A stretch of DNA of 64,000 nucleotides from Myxococcota bacterium. Lineage in GTDB: Bacteria > Myxococcota > UBA727 > JABDBI01. Where the stretch lies: assembly GCA_040387835.1 (NCBI GenBank), contig JAZKCZ010000002.1, positions 115,431-179,430 on the forward strand. Reading direction: 5' to 3'. The stretch's first letter is position 1. Each line of letters opens with the position of its first letter. Below are positions 18,595 through 28,157 of this stretch, in pieces. The position numbers were made by a program, and so were the translations under genes. The notes under the pieces were generated by a model. That model was not told the origin of the DNA and did not search any database. It was given only the letters and a program-made list of their open reading frames with translations.

Positions 18595-19251
18595 CTAACG
18601 GATCTTAATCGATTGATCCACACCCACTTTGGGACATTTCTTTTGCACAGGACAGCCAGGACAATTTGGCTTTCTGGCGTGGCAAATGCGCCTGCCGTGA
18701 AAGATAAACGCATGATGTGCTTCTAATAACCTGTCTTTAGGAAATAATTTCGTTAAATCCGTTTCAACTTTGGAAGGGTCTTTTTCGGCGGTTAAACCAA
18801 GTCGCCGGGCAATACGCCCGACATGGGTGTCTACCGCGATGGCCTGCACGCCAAAAGCATTGGCCAAAATCACCGCGGCGGATTTTGGGCCGACGCCCGG
18901 GATGCTCTCCAAAGCGTCTCGCTCTTTAGGCACGGCTCCACCAAAATCAGTCATGATTTTCTTACCAGCTAAGACGAGATTTTTGGATTTCATCCTAAAA
19001 AATCCCAACGTTCGAATATAGGGCTCGATATCCGCTGGTGTTGCCTGACTGAAAGCTTTGGCATCAGGGTATGCCTCAAATAAATCCGGCGTTACTTTGT
19101 TGACAGCTTTATCGGTTGTCTGCGCCGATAGCGCCACGGCCACCAAAAGTTGCCAGGGGTCTTTCTTATCATAATCCAGCTCAATTTCCGCATCGGGGAA
19201 TTCAGCGCAAATGGTATCTAAAAAATATAGGGCTTTGGCTTTAGAGGTCAT
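18595..19251 (-). CDS. nth: Endonuclease III
   Basis: LSAQTTD, HhH PGVGPKSA, VDTHV.R, C-x6-C-x2-C-x5-C Fe-S motif. Confidence 0.95.
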   Translation of the reverse strand: MTSKAKALYFLDTICAEFPDAEIELDYDKKDPWQLLVAVALSAQTTDKAVNKVTPDLFEAYPDAKAFSQATPADIEPYIRTLGFFRMKSKNLVLAGKKIMTDFGGAVPKERDALESIPGVGPKSAAVILANAFGVQAIAVDTHVGRIARRLGLTAEKDPSKVETDLTKLFPKDRLLEAHHAFIFHGRRICHARKPNCPGCPVQKKCPKVGVDQSIKIR

Positions 19252-20302
19252 GGGCTATTTTTTCTGCGAAGCCTTTAAAGCGACCATCCGCTTTAATATG
19301 AAACAAAGTTTCATTGGGCTTGCGCAGATAAGCAATACCAATAATATTTGGCTCCGTATCTGTAAATCCAAAAAGAGAAATATGCTCAGGCATTCCTGCG
19401 CTGGAGGTGGTTATATCGCAAGGCATCGGCCCAAACACTTCACCAGCTTTAGCGGCTTTAATGCGCTCCGCATGATGCTGCACATCCTCAGGCGACGCAA
19501 AATAAACGGTATTATATCGGCCAGCTGGTAGATGACTCATGCTGACGGCTTCACTGGTCACTTTGGGCTGGCCGAACACTTTTTGCACAGCATGTTGAAT
19601 TGCCAGTTGAATCTCTTGATCGCTTTGAAACGCCCGGGTTCTAACACAAACGAGTTCTCGATCAGCCAAAAGCCTTTTCGCCTCTGCCTGCGCCTTTTCG
19701 ATGTTCGCTTCTTCAAAATGGAGCCTTTGGATTGGCCATTCACTCAACGAGGCAGAATCGCAAGATGGTAAGTCGATCAACTTTATCGCTGGCTCAGCAT
19801 CTATATCAGTATGGTCAATATTATATCCGGCGCGTCCGTTGCCAAATACGATCAGCTGGATGGGCTGGTCGAAGCGGCGATTTGCTAAATTGCCATAGGC
19901 TAATTCGAAAGCAAACTGCTGGTCTGTGACAGGCGCGGTATCAAGATCTAGGGCGATGAAGAGGTCGGCTGTGGGGTTTGTGCGCCACTTAGATCTCGGG
20001 AGGGTGGTTAGCCAGCCGGAACTTCTGCCCTGCTTTTTTAAAGCAGAGATATCTTGCAGAGTGGTTTTAGCGTTGCCGGATTTACTCGCATCGATGAGAT
20101 AGAATTCGCCTCCATGAGCGACGCAGAAGGTTTTTACATTTCGATGTTGTACCCAGGATTGGATTAGGCTTGCGGCGCGATCGATTCCATTTTGGCAATT
20201 AGGATCGTCGGTCAATCCTAAGGTGTAATTTGAAAAAAATGCTAACGAGCGCGGATTATTCAAATAAAAATCCCGCATGGGCTCATGCTGCCAGTGCATC
20301 AT
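19241..20302 (-). CDS. Hypothetical protein
   Basis: 353-aa ORF overlapping both neighbours in the same orientation; no family recognised. Confidence 0.65.
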   Translation of the reverse strand: MMHWQHEPMRDFYLNNPRSLAFFSNYTLGLTDDPNCQNGIDRAASLIQSWVQHRNVKTFCVAHGGEFYLIDASKSGNAKTTLQDISALKKQGRSSGWLTTLPRSKWRTNPTADLFIALDLDTAPVTDQQFAFELAYGNLANRRFDQPIQLIVFGNGRAGYNIDHTDIDAEPAIKLIDLPSCDSASLSEWPIQRLHFEEANIEKAQAEAKRLLADRELVCVRTRAFQSDQEIQLAIQHAVQKVFGQPKVTSEAVSMSHLPAGRYNTVYFASPEDVQHHAERIKAAKAGEVFGPMPCDITTSSAGMPEHISLFGFTDTEPNIIGIAYLRKPNETLFHIKADGRFKGFAEKIAHDL

Positions 20303-21344
20303 GGACTAACCTCTGGAAGTGTTGCACGCCATTTTCTTTGGCAAGAACTAACTGACCTTGTTCGTAGTAACCTGACGCACAACCACGTTGCACAGCTTCG
20401 CATAAAGCCGTGTCTTCTTTTTGAACTTGGTCTAAAAAATCGACCACGCTGTCTTTGTCACTTTCTGTCACACCTTCGGGGAAGTAAATATCGTAAATGG
20501 CCAACGTTTTGTTCGGAGATATTGGCTCATAAACCGTGCTTGAAACATTCACGATGCCCGGATAGATATTGATGGTAAAGTTGGGCCATAAATAGGACCC
20601 AGCGCCGCGCAGTTTTTTATCCGCGTCTGCCATCTCAGCACCTTTCAACGTACAACGTTGCACTGAATGATAGGCATAAGGCGTCACTTCATAATCATCC
20701 ATGCGGACGATTTTCACCAACTCCGGATGTGCCACCGGGCAATGATAACATTCCAAATAATTATCAATGGTAAGCTTCCAGTTTGCATGGATTTCGTAGC
20801 GCATCTGCCGGTGATGCTTCAGGCTCATTAAATCAATGCCGATTTCAGAAATCGCTTCAGGAAGCCCGTCCATCTGTGACGCAAACGACTGTGGCGCCTC
20901 GAGCAAGCTCACAAACACAAATGGCCCCCATTCTTCGACCGTCAAAGGGTGCAAGGGATAATTGGACTTCATAAACTTGGGATCCGAGTTTGTGGCAGGA
21001 GCCGATTGCAAATCCCCTTGCAGATTCCAAGTCCAAGCGTGATAATGGCACTGGATGCTCTTGCGATTGCCTGACTCGCACAAAACAATTTGGCTACCTC
21101 GATGCCGGCAAACATTGACGAATGCGTTCAAACTGCCTGCTTCGGTACGCACCACAATCACCGGCACTTTTCCAGCAACTCTGCAGGTTATGTAATCGCC
21201 TGGATTTCTAAGCAGATGAGCCGAACCCGCGTAATTCCACATTTTTGAAAAAATATATTTTTGTTCTGAATCGAATATTTCCTGCGAAGTATACCAATGC
21301 CCCGGTATCGTCTTACCACTAAGTAATTGCTCGCTTAAACTCAT
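20283..21344 (-). CDS. Rieske non-heme iron oxygenase alpha subunit (choline monooxygenase-like)
   Basis: CRHRG...CHYHAW Rieske motif, NWK...NYLECYHC..AH, ED...CE.VQ.G. Confidence 0.9.
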   Translation of the reverse strand: MSLSEQLLSGKTIPGHWYTSQEIFDSEQKYIFSKMWNYAGSAHLLRNPGDYITCRVAGKVPVIVVRTEAGSLNAFVNVCRHRGSQIVLCESGNRKSIQCHYHAWTWNLQGDLQSAPATNSDPKFMKSNYPLHPLTVEEWGPFVFVSLLEAPQSFASQMDGLPEAISEIGIDLMSLKHHRQMRYEIHANWKLTIDNYLECYHCPVAHPELVKIVRMDDYEVTPYAYHSVQRCTLKGAEMADADKKLRGAGSYLWPNFTINIYPGIVNVSSTVYEPISPNKTLAIYDIYFPEGVTESDKDSVVDFLDQVQKEDTALCEAVQRGCASGYYEQGQLVLAKENGVQHFQRLVHDALAA

Positions 21345-21363
21345 GCGAAGGCAACAAACCATC

Positions 21364-21392
21364 TTGACGAAATATGCCTTAGCTGATATTCA
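21364..21392 (+). promoter_or_regulatory. Putative sigma70 promoter of the art operon
   Basis: TTGACG (21364) - 17 bp - TG.TATTCA (21387). Confidence 0.45.
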
Positions 21393-21432
21393 AACATTCC
21401 CATTTATTCAAATTTGTGAATATTTTTGGTTT
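21393..21432. promoter_or_regulatory. Possible degenerate ARG box region
   Basis: ARG half-sites ATTCA (21406) and TGAAT (21417) just downstream of the putative promoter of an operon ending in argR; only half-sites match. Confidence 0.3.
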
Positions 21433-21446
21433 GGAGTTCAAACCTC

Positions 21447-22202
21447 ATGTTACGACTACTTTCTCTTAGTTTTCTATTAGTTCTGGGTTGTTCAAAAAAA
21501 CGGGATGATGCGAATCTCGTTCTTTGCACCAATTCGACCTACCCCCCTTACGAAAGTATTGATGCACAGGGCAACTCTGTTGGCTTTGACATTGACGTGG
21601 CCGGCGCCATTGCCACTCAGCTTGGCAAAAAGTTAGTGATTAAAGAGATGGCCTTCGACTCGCTTATCTTAGGCCTAAGCCAAGACAAATGCGATTTGGC
21701 CATGGCAGGATTGTCCATCACGCCCAGCAGACAAAAAGAAATTACATTGATTCCTTATCAAGGTGAGCCAAGCAAATCTTACTACTTGTTATTTTGGGAA
21801 CAAATCCCGGCGGGCATCCAAACGGCCGCTGACATACAAAACATCGGCAACAAAACCGTGGCCGTTCAAGTGGGTACCTGGATGGAAGACTTCGTGAAAA
21901 CCATCCCTGGCATCGAAATCAAAGCGCTGGATGCAACCACTGAACTCATCATGGAAATCAAGCACAAAAAGTCCGCTGCATCCTTTGTGGAGCCACATAT
22001 TGGCAAAGACGTGGTGCAAAAGGAAAGCCGCATCAAGTTTATAGAAGTTGCGCTCGCACCAGAAGACTGGAAGCTAGGAAACGGCATTGGCATCAAAAAA
22101 TCCAATGCGAAGCTAGCGGCGAAAATTGAACTCGCGCTAAGTCAATTAAAGAAAGCTGGCACATTAGAAACCTTAGAGAAAAAATGGTTTAGCAAAAAAT
22201 GA
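21447..22202 (+). CDS. artJ: Arginine/polar amino acid ABC transporter substrate-binding lipoprotein
   Basis: Lipobox LVLGC, TNSTYPPYE, GFDID, SITPSR. Confidence 0.88.
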   Translation: MLRLLSLSFLLVLGCSKKRDDANLVLCTNSTYPPYESIDAQGNSVGFDIDVAGAIATQLGKKLVIKEMAFDSLILGLSQDKCDLAMAGLSITPSRQKEITLIPYQGEPSKSYYLLFWEQIPAGIQTAADIQNIGNKTVAVQVGTWMEDFVKTIPGIEIKALDATTELIMEIKHKKSAASFVEPHIGKDVVQKESRIKFIEVALAPEDWKLGNGIGIKKSNAKLAAKIELALSQLKKAGTLETLEKKWFSKK

Positions 22203-22834
22203 TAGAAACGATTCTCCCTCTCCTGCTCAAAGCGTCTCTGATTACAATTCAGGCCAGCGCCTTGGGTGGCTTGTTCGGTTCAATTGGCGGCATCTTGCTA
22301 GGCCTTTTTGCCTGCGAACGACTTCGCATTCCAGGGCTATCTCACTTAATTGGCCTCTATGTAGCAATAGTTCGTGGCACGCCCATGTTTGTGCAGTTGC
22401 TCATTGTCTATTTCGCCGTGCCTGAAGCGCTTGATATCGATATTCCACCGCTGACGGCAGGGATTATCACTTTGGCGCTCAACTCTTCTGCCTATTTGTC
22501 CGAGATTATTCGTGGCTCCATCAATGCGCTGCCCATAGGCCAATGGGAAGCAGCTGACACTTTAGGATATAAAACTCATCAAACTTTAAGACGCGTGATT
22601 TTGCCACAGGCTCTTAAAAATGCGTTGCCTGCCATTACCAATGAATTTTCGACTCTAATTAAAGAAAGCAGCATCCTAATGTTCATCGGTGTTCCAGAAC
22701 TGCTCAAAGCCAGTCGAGATATCGTTGCTCGAGAGCTAAAACCTTTGGAAGTCTATGCACTGGCTGCCCTCATTTATTTAGCAATGACCAGCGCCATGGC
22801 ACTTGTCACCAGGCAATTGGAGAAACGCATATGA
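22199..22834 (+). CDS. Amino acid ABC transporter permease
   Basis: RGTPMFVQL, SAY.SEIIRG, GQWEAA..LG (EAA loop), LIKESS. Confidence 0.93.
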   Translation: MIETILPLLLKASLITIQASALGGLFGSIGGILLGLFACERLRIPGLSHLIGLYVAIVRGTPMFVQLLIVYFAVPEALDIDIPPLTAGIITLALNSSAYLSEIIRGSINALPIGQWEAADTLGYKTHQTLRRVILPQALKNALPAITNEFSTLIKESSILMFIGVPELLKASRDIVARELKPLEVYALAALIYLAMTSAMALVTRQLEKRI

Positions 22835-23523
22835 ATCTGATTACTGGCCAAAATATTTCTCTTAGCTACCCAAAAGCCACGCAGCGCACTTTAAGCGATG
22901 TGAATTTTGAAATCCCTAAGGGGCGCATCACTCTGTTTATGGGTCGAAGCGGCTCCGGCAAAACTTCGCTTTTGCGTTGCATTTCAAATTTAATTACCGA
23001 TTATTCAGGCGATATTTTATTTGAAAATAAGCCCATCAAATCGCTTTCAAATGCGGAAAGAGCCAAAAGCGTCGGATTTGTGGCGCAGCAATTTAATTTG
23101 TTTCCACATATGACCGTTTTACAAAACTGCGTTCAACCTCAGCGCATCGTGCTAGGCCGGAGTGAAGAGGAAGCCTCTGCTAAGGCGCACCTGCTATTAT
23201 CATCGCTAGGCATCGAGCAGCTAGCCTCTCGAAAGCCACACCAGCTTTCCGGTGGACAGATGCAACGCGTTGCGATTGCCAGAGCGCTTTGCATGGATGC
23301 CAAAGCCCTATTACTGGACGAGCCAACTTCGGCTTTAGATCCAGAAAGCACCGGCAAGTTGCGGGAAATCCTAAATATCTTGCTTAAAAACGATGTCTCC
23401 GTTGCCATCTCGACCCATGACATGGGCTTCGCCCGTAGCGTGTACGATCGAGGCTACTTTTTGGAAGGCGGGCGAATTTTGGAAGAATCAGCCGACCGAA
23501 TTCACCAATATATGCAGTCATGA
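22831..23523 (+). CDS. Amino acid ABC transporter ATP-binding protein
   Basis: GRSGSGKT, QQFNLFPH, LSGGQMQR, LLDEPTSALD. Confidence 0.93.
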   Translation: MNLITGQNISLSYPKATQRTLSDVNFEIPKGRITLFMGRSGSGKTSLLRCISNLITDYSGDILFENKPIKSLSNAERAKSVGFVAQQFNLFPHMTVLQNCVQPQRIVLGRSEEEASAKAHLLLSSLGIEQLASRKPHQLSGGQMQRVAIARALCMDAKALLLDEPTSALDPESTGKLREILNILLKNDVSVAISTHDMGFARSVYDRGYFLEGGRILEESADRIHQYMQS

Positions 23524-23915
23524 AACAGTCTAAACGTGTCAGTCATTTAATTAAGCTTCTCGAGAGCAGAGAATTCGAAAGCCATGAAGAACTGCTGGAA
23601 ACACTATCAGCTCAAGGTGTTCCAAGCACACAGGCAACCCTATCTCGGGATTTAAATCGCCTGGGCATTCAAAAAGTCCATGGCATGTACACCCTGCGTG
23701 GCCATTCAAAAATTCGCATAGACGCTGCTGGCCCCAACCTCTTAGTTGTTAAAACAACCGGCGGCGGTGCATCTGCCTTGGCTGCTGAGATTGACGGCTG
23801 GGATATCGCTGGGCTCATTGGCACTGTCGCAGGCGACGACACAATTTTCATCGCCAGTAAGGATGTGAAAAGCCAGCTGCTGATTCATAAAACTCTCTTG
23901 GAAATGCAAGCTTAG
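23520..23915 (+). CDS. argR: Arginine repressor
   Basis: TQATLSRDL HTH, VVKT..G.A, GTVAGDDTIF. Confidence 0.93.
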   Translation: MKQSKRVSHLIKLLESREFESHEELLETLSAQGVPSTQATLSRDLNRLGIQKVHGMYTLRGHSKIRIDAAGPNLLVVKTTGGGASALAAEIDGWDIAGLIGTVAGDDTIFIASKDVKSQLLIHKTLLEMQA

Positions 23916-23933
23916 GTGTTGTAGACTCAACTC

Positions 23934-24167
23934 ATGAAAATCGAGATATACGCTTCGGCAGGTGCCATTGAAGGACAACGCATCGTCAGTTTTCTGGAAA
24001 GCGCTGGCATTGAAACGTCTTTAGTGGAGCGAGATGTGTTTCCACAAATGCCTACTACTCATCAGTTTATCATCGCTGTAGCTCCAGATTTTCGCGAAAA
24101 AGCCATCGAAATCATTGCCAATGCTCGCTTAGATCAAGTCATTACTGATACCGGAACCTTTCTGTGA
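23934..24167 (+). CDS. Small hypothetical protein (DUF2007-like)
   Basis: I..FLESAGIE...I.VAP....KAIEII pattern. Confidence 0.6.
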   Translation: MKIEIYASAGAIEGQRIVSFLESAGIETSLVERDVFPQMPTTHQFIIAVAPDFREKAIEIIANARLDQVITDTGTFL

Positions 24168-24847
24168 ATAAGAGTGTCCGCTGGTTTTTATGTATCAGCA
24201 CGCTCGTGACGTTGGCTTTATATGTCCTTCCTTTTGGCGGGCTGGTTATCTATCCCCTGCTCATGCTATCGACCCTCGTTCATGAAATGGGTCATGGCTT
24301 AACCGCGCTCTTGGTTGGTGGAAAGTTCTACACATTGCAGATGTGGGCAAACGGTTCAGGCGTCGCTCAAATTGGCGGTCTGGACAATCGCTGGGAAAGC
24401 GCCATTGTCTCCGCAGGCGGTTTGCTTGGGCCTGCCATCGCAGCAGCGCTGGGGCTGGTTATGTCCAAGCAAGAAAATTTAAGCCGTCTCACATTTTCGT
24501 TGCTAGGTGCTTTCTTAATCTGTGCTGAATTTTTATGGGTTAGAAATCTATTTGGCTGGTTTTTTGTCGGCAGTCTAGGCGCACTCTATCTCTGGTTGGC
24601 GCAACAGTCTAACGCTTGGATTACCAGAGCGGCCCTGATATTTTTCTCGCTACAACTTAGTCTTAGCGTCTTTTCCAGAGCGGATTATTTGTTTACACCC
24701 GTAGCCTACACCAGCGCAGGGATTATGCCCTCAGACGTTGCCCAAATTGCTGCCGCCTTATGGCTACCATATTGGTTTTGGGGAGGCGCCTGTGCGCTGT
24801 TTTCAGGCTTGGTGCTGCTGCTCGGCTTGCGCATAGCGCTCAAATAG
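24164..24847 (+). CDS. M50B-family membrane metallopeptidase
   Basis: HEMGH, SAGGLLGP, SD motif, multiple TMs. Confidence 0.85.
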   Translation: MNKSVRWFLCISTLVTLALYVLPFGGLVIYPLLMLSTLVHEMGHGLTALLVGGKFYTLQMWANGSGVAQIGGLDNRWESAIVSAGGLLGPAIAAALGLVMSKQENLSRLTFSLLGAFLICAEFLWVRNLFGWFFVGSLGALYLWLAQQSNAWITRAALIFFSLQLSLSVFSRADYLFTPVAYTSAGIMPSDVAQIAAALWLPYWFWGGACALFSGLVLLLGLRIALK

Positions 24848-25093
24848 AAAAGGACCAAACGGCACAACCGCTGCAGCGTAAGCCAATAAATGCTTTTTAA
24901 GAGACCAGCCGTCTTCCACAGCCAAAGTAAACGCGGCCACGCAGTAACCTAAAAACAAAATGCCGTGGACGGGACCCAAAACCCGAACGCCTATGGGCAT
25001 CTGCAGGTAATATTTTGCCGGCATCGCAAAAAGCAGCAAAAGCAAAAAAGAGCAACCTTCCAAACGACCGAGGATTTGAAACCACTTATTCAT
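24803..25093 (-). CDS. DUF3817 family membrane protein
   Basis: LEG.SFLLLL..AMP.KY, G..HG.LF..Y, PFGPF. Confidence 0.85.
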   Translation of the reverse strand: MNKWFQILGRLEGCSFLLLLLFAMPAKYYLQMPIGVRVLGPVHGILFLGYCVAAFTLAVEDGWSLKKHLLAYAAAVVPFGPFLFERYAQAEQQHQA

Positions 25094-25923
25094 AAGGCAA
25101 GTCCGTAACGAAAAACAGCGCCAGGTTCAAATGCTTTTTCAAAAGACACAGACCCCTGCAACTCAATTGGAGGCAAATCGGATGTCCGCATTTCAAAATG
25201 CGGCCCGCCGTCAAAGGGATCTACGCGGTGATCATACCGAAACCCCAATTGCTTAAGTATATGGGAAGCAGGTTTGCTACCATCGCCCACTTGGCCAATC
25301 ACAGCCTGCGCTTCTCTAGGCAAAGAATCGAAAGGAATGGGTTCTCTCGGGAACACGTCCTCTATAAACTTCTTATCCTTACGAGAAAGGTGGTCCGCTT
25401 CATGGTAAGACAAGTTGGTAAAGTGCGCTCCCAACGCTTTCCAAAGTGGAGAGTCGTCATTAGCCATCGGCGGCAGCAGCTCAGCGATAAGTCGCTCTTT
25501 AAACAATGAGGCGTGCATTTGAATAAACTTAAATCGAATGAGGCTTAGTGCCCTGCCCAGCCTTTGTGGCACATGTCGATAATCCGGATCTAAAATCAAA
25601 CCGCCTATTTCCGTATACCCATCTGTGTCAAAACCAAGCTGCAGGCTCGAGTCTTCAACTTGAAAAAACATGTGGGGTAACTCAGGCGTTCCATGACAAG
25701 CAATCACTTGGCTGCTGCCAATCACTAAACCCGATAAATCGTCCACCAGCACAAACACGTAAAGTCCATCGTCAGGATGCCCAATCTTTCCTTCGAATGA
25801 AGCGCATGTGAGGCCTAAGATTTCCCTGATATCAGGCAGTGCTGCGGGTAGATTCGTGGTGTTCAAAATCTGAGCCAGTCTATAAAGACTCTCTGCATCA
25901 TTCAATTGTGCGTTTCGAATCAA
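25090..25923 (-). CDS. astA: Arginine N-succinyltransferase
   Basis: EIGGLIL, LSL.RF, IAEL, SPLW..LG..F, EAD, DPFDGGP; TTG start. Confidence 0.85.
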   Translation of the reverse strand: MIRNAQLNDAESLYRLAQILNTTNLPAALPDIREILGLTCASFEGKIGHPDDGLYVFVLVDDLSGLVIGSSQVIACHGTPELPHMFFQVEDSSLQLGFDTDGYTEIGGLILDPDYRHVPQRLGRALSLIRFKFIQMHASLFKERLIAELLPPMANDDSPLWKALGAHFTNLSYHEADHLSRKDKKFIEDVFPREPIPFDSLPREAQAVIGQVGDGSKPASHILKQLGFRYDHRVDPFDGGPHFEMRTSDLPPIELQGSVSFEKAFEPGAVFRYGLAL

Positions 25924-25965
25924 ATAAATAAAAAAACCTCTCTTAGTATGCTAAAGCAAGCGATC

Positions 25966-27705
25966 ATGAGCAGTTTATTTCAAGGCAGTTACAGCCATTT
26001 CGAACTTTCACCCGAATTAAGTCTCGGTCTGTCGGATCTAGGTTATCTAAATCCAACCAAAGTCCAAAAAGAAGTTTTTGCGCCCATTTCCGCTCATCAA
26101 GATTTGGTCGTCCAAAGTCACACTGGTTCAGGCAAAACCACAGCTTTTTGCCTACCGATATTAAGCCAAATTCAAAAAGATCTTAAATCACGACCTCAGG
26201 TGTTAATGCTTGCGCCCACCCGCGAACTCGCCAAACAAGTGGCCATCGAGTGCGGTCGTTTAGGCCATCATGCTGGCGTCAAAGTTGCAGTTATTTATGG
26301 CGGCGCTTCCTTTGAAGCTCAAATCGCTGCTTTAAAAGCTGGTGCCCAAGTCATCGTCGGAACTCCAGGTCGCTTAAAAGATCTTATCTCACGCCAACTG
26401 TTAAATCTCTCCCAGATCGAAACAGTGGTTTTAGACGAAGCCGACGAAATGCTTTCCATGGGTTTTTGGGACGATGTCACTCATATTTTGAGCAAAACCC
26501 CTAAAGAGCGACAGACTTTATTATTTTCCGCAACGTTGCCTTGGGTCATTGAGCAAAGCTTGGGTCAGATTGCCAACAATCCCACCATGCTCAATTTCAG
26601 CTCTGACCAAGTCAGTGTGCAATCAGTCAGACACGTGCTGCATCTCGAAGAAGAATCGCAGCTCAAATCCAGAAGCCTTTTGTACGCTCTCGAATTGCAC
26701 CGGGCCAAGCGCGCCATTGTTTTCTGCAATACCAAAGATGAAACAGAAACTCTGGAAAACTACCTGCAAAGATTTTCCTACCGGGCCAAAGCCTTAAACG
26801 GAGATATGAGTCAAAGCGCCAGAGAAAAAGTTCTGCATGATATTAAAAATGGCGAACTAGACGTGGTGATAGCTACCGACGTTGCTGCCAGAGGCATCGA
26901 TATCCCTGGCCTGTCACACGTGTTCAACTACGAGCTGCCAGATAATCCCGAAAGCTATGTCCATCGCACAGGTCGTACCGGGCGTATCGGCAACCTAGGT
27001 GTAGCCGTCAGTTTAATCCGCGGCAAAGACATCATGCTAACCGAAGATTTGAAAAAATCTTTTGGCGTCACTTTCGACGAAGTACAGTTCCCGCCTGAAT
27101 CAGAAATCTTGTGGATGCAAGGTGAGCGCCTTTCCTTATTGCTCACAGAACAAGCAGACGGCGTAGAAATCAGCCAATACCGTCCGATTGCCAAGTCCAT
27201 GTTGCAACGAGGCGATTTGGCCGAAATCCTAGCATTTTTGATGCGCTCTCACTTCTCCAAACGACCAAGCCAGCCGCAACAAGCCCACGAGCCGAGATCT
27301 CAGCGTCCCCAGCAGCGTCCGGAACGTTCTGAACGCCCAGCAAGACCACCGCGCGCTGAGCCAAGAGCGCCCTCAGAACCTAGTGTACCAGCGACGCTGC
27401 CCCACAGGCAAATCTATATTACCTTGGGCAAGCTTGATGGTTTCGAGGATCTGACACAACTCGCAAATCACATGAGCGAGCTATCCAAAATTGACCTCGG
27501 CCATTTCACAGGTGCCGGCAATCTTAGAGATACAAGCTCCCACTTGGAAGTTGACACCGAAGTTGCCGAACAAATCAAAACCGCTGTCCACGGACTTCCG
27601 CGGGCTTCAGGTGTTACGGAAACGCTGACATGTGATTTTGGAACCGGCAGCTCTCAGAAAAAGCCACCGCATCGAAATCACCGCCCTCGCCGGCCTCAAG
27701 CCTAG
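25966..27705 (+). CDS. DEAD-box RNA helicase (DeaD/CsdA-like)
   Basis: TGSGKT, PTRELA, TPGR, DEAD, SAT, HRTGRTGR; degenerate C-terminal RNA-binding domain. Confidence 0.93.
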   Translation: MSSLFQGSYSHFELSPELSLGLSDLGYLNPTKVQKEVFAPISAHQDLVVQSHTGSGKTTAFCLPILSQIQKDLKSRPQVLMLAPTRELAKQVAIECGRLGHHAGVKVAVIYGGASFEAQIAALKAGAQVIVGTPGRLKDLISRQLLNLSQIETVVLDEADEMLSMGFWDDVTHILSKTPKERQTLLFSATLPWVIEQSLGQIANNPTMLNFSSDQVSVQSVRHVLHLEEESQLKSRSLLYALELHRAKRAIVFCNTKDETETLENYLQRFSYRAKALNGDMSQSAREKVLHDIKNGELDVVIATDVAARGIDIPGLSHVFNYELPDNPESYVHRTGRTGRIGNLGVAVSLIRGKDIMLTEDLKKSFGVTFDEVQFPPESEILWMQGERLSLLLTEQADGVEISQYRPIAKSMLQRGDLAEILAFLMRSHFSKRPSQPQQAHEPRSQRPQQRPERSERPARPPRAEPRAPSEPSVPATLPHRQIYITLGKLDGFEDLTQLANHMSELSKIDLGHFTGAGNLRDTSSHLEVDTEVAEQIKTAVHGLPRASGVTETLTCDFGTGSSQKKPPHRNHRPRRPQA

Positions 27706-28106
27706 AAGCAATACGCTGGTACGTCGGTAAACTTCGGGAATTCATAGTCGATCGGCGTACACGTGCCTTTCTCAATGGTAAACTTGGTGACTTTAAATTT
27801 AGCACCAACTTTAAGGCCATTTTCAGTTGCCCAAGCGAGCGATGGCAACATGCCGTCCGCAGTGGTGTAAGTCGCAATATTGGTCTCAGGCCAAACATCC
27901 TCAGCTGCGTTGTCTGGCTTAAACTCAAAATCGACAAACACTGGGTCCTTTTTGCACTGATAAAACTGTGCATCCTTACAGGCTTCTACAGCGGTAACGG
28001 TAGCCACGCCCGGAATCTTCTTATAAGCGCACTCTCCACCAACAGTATTGCCTTCTGCGAAAGCCGAAAGCGAAATAATAAAAGATACAAAGGCAAAAAG
28101 CTTCAT
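27702..28106 (-). CDS. Hypothetical secreted protein
   Basis: SD GAGGAG before ATG 28106; signal peptide MKLFAFVSFIISLSAFA; 5 Cys. Confidence 0.75.
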   Translation of the reverse strand: MKLFAFVSFIISLSAFAEGNTVGGECAYKKIPGVATVTAVEACKDAQFYQCKKDPVFVDFEFKPDNAAEDVWPETNIATYTTADGMLPSLAWATENGLKVGAKFKVTKFTIEKGTCTPIDYEFPKFTDVPAYCF

Positions 28107-28157
28107 AAGATATCTCCTCAAGCTTATATATGTCCGCGGCATGCAATTTGGCCACTT

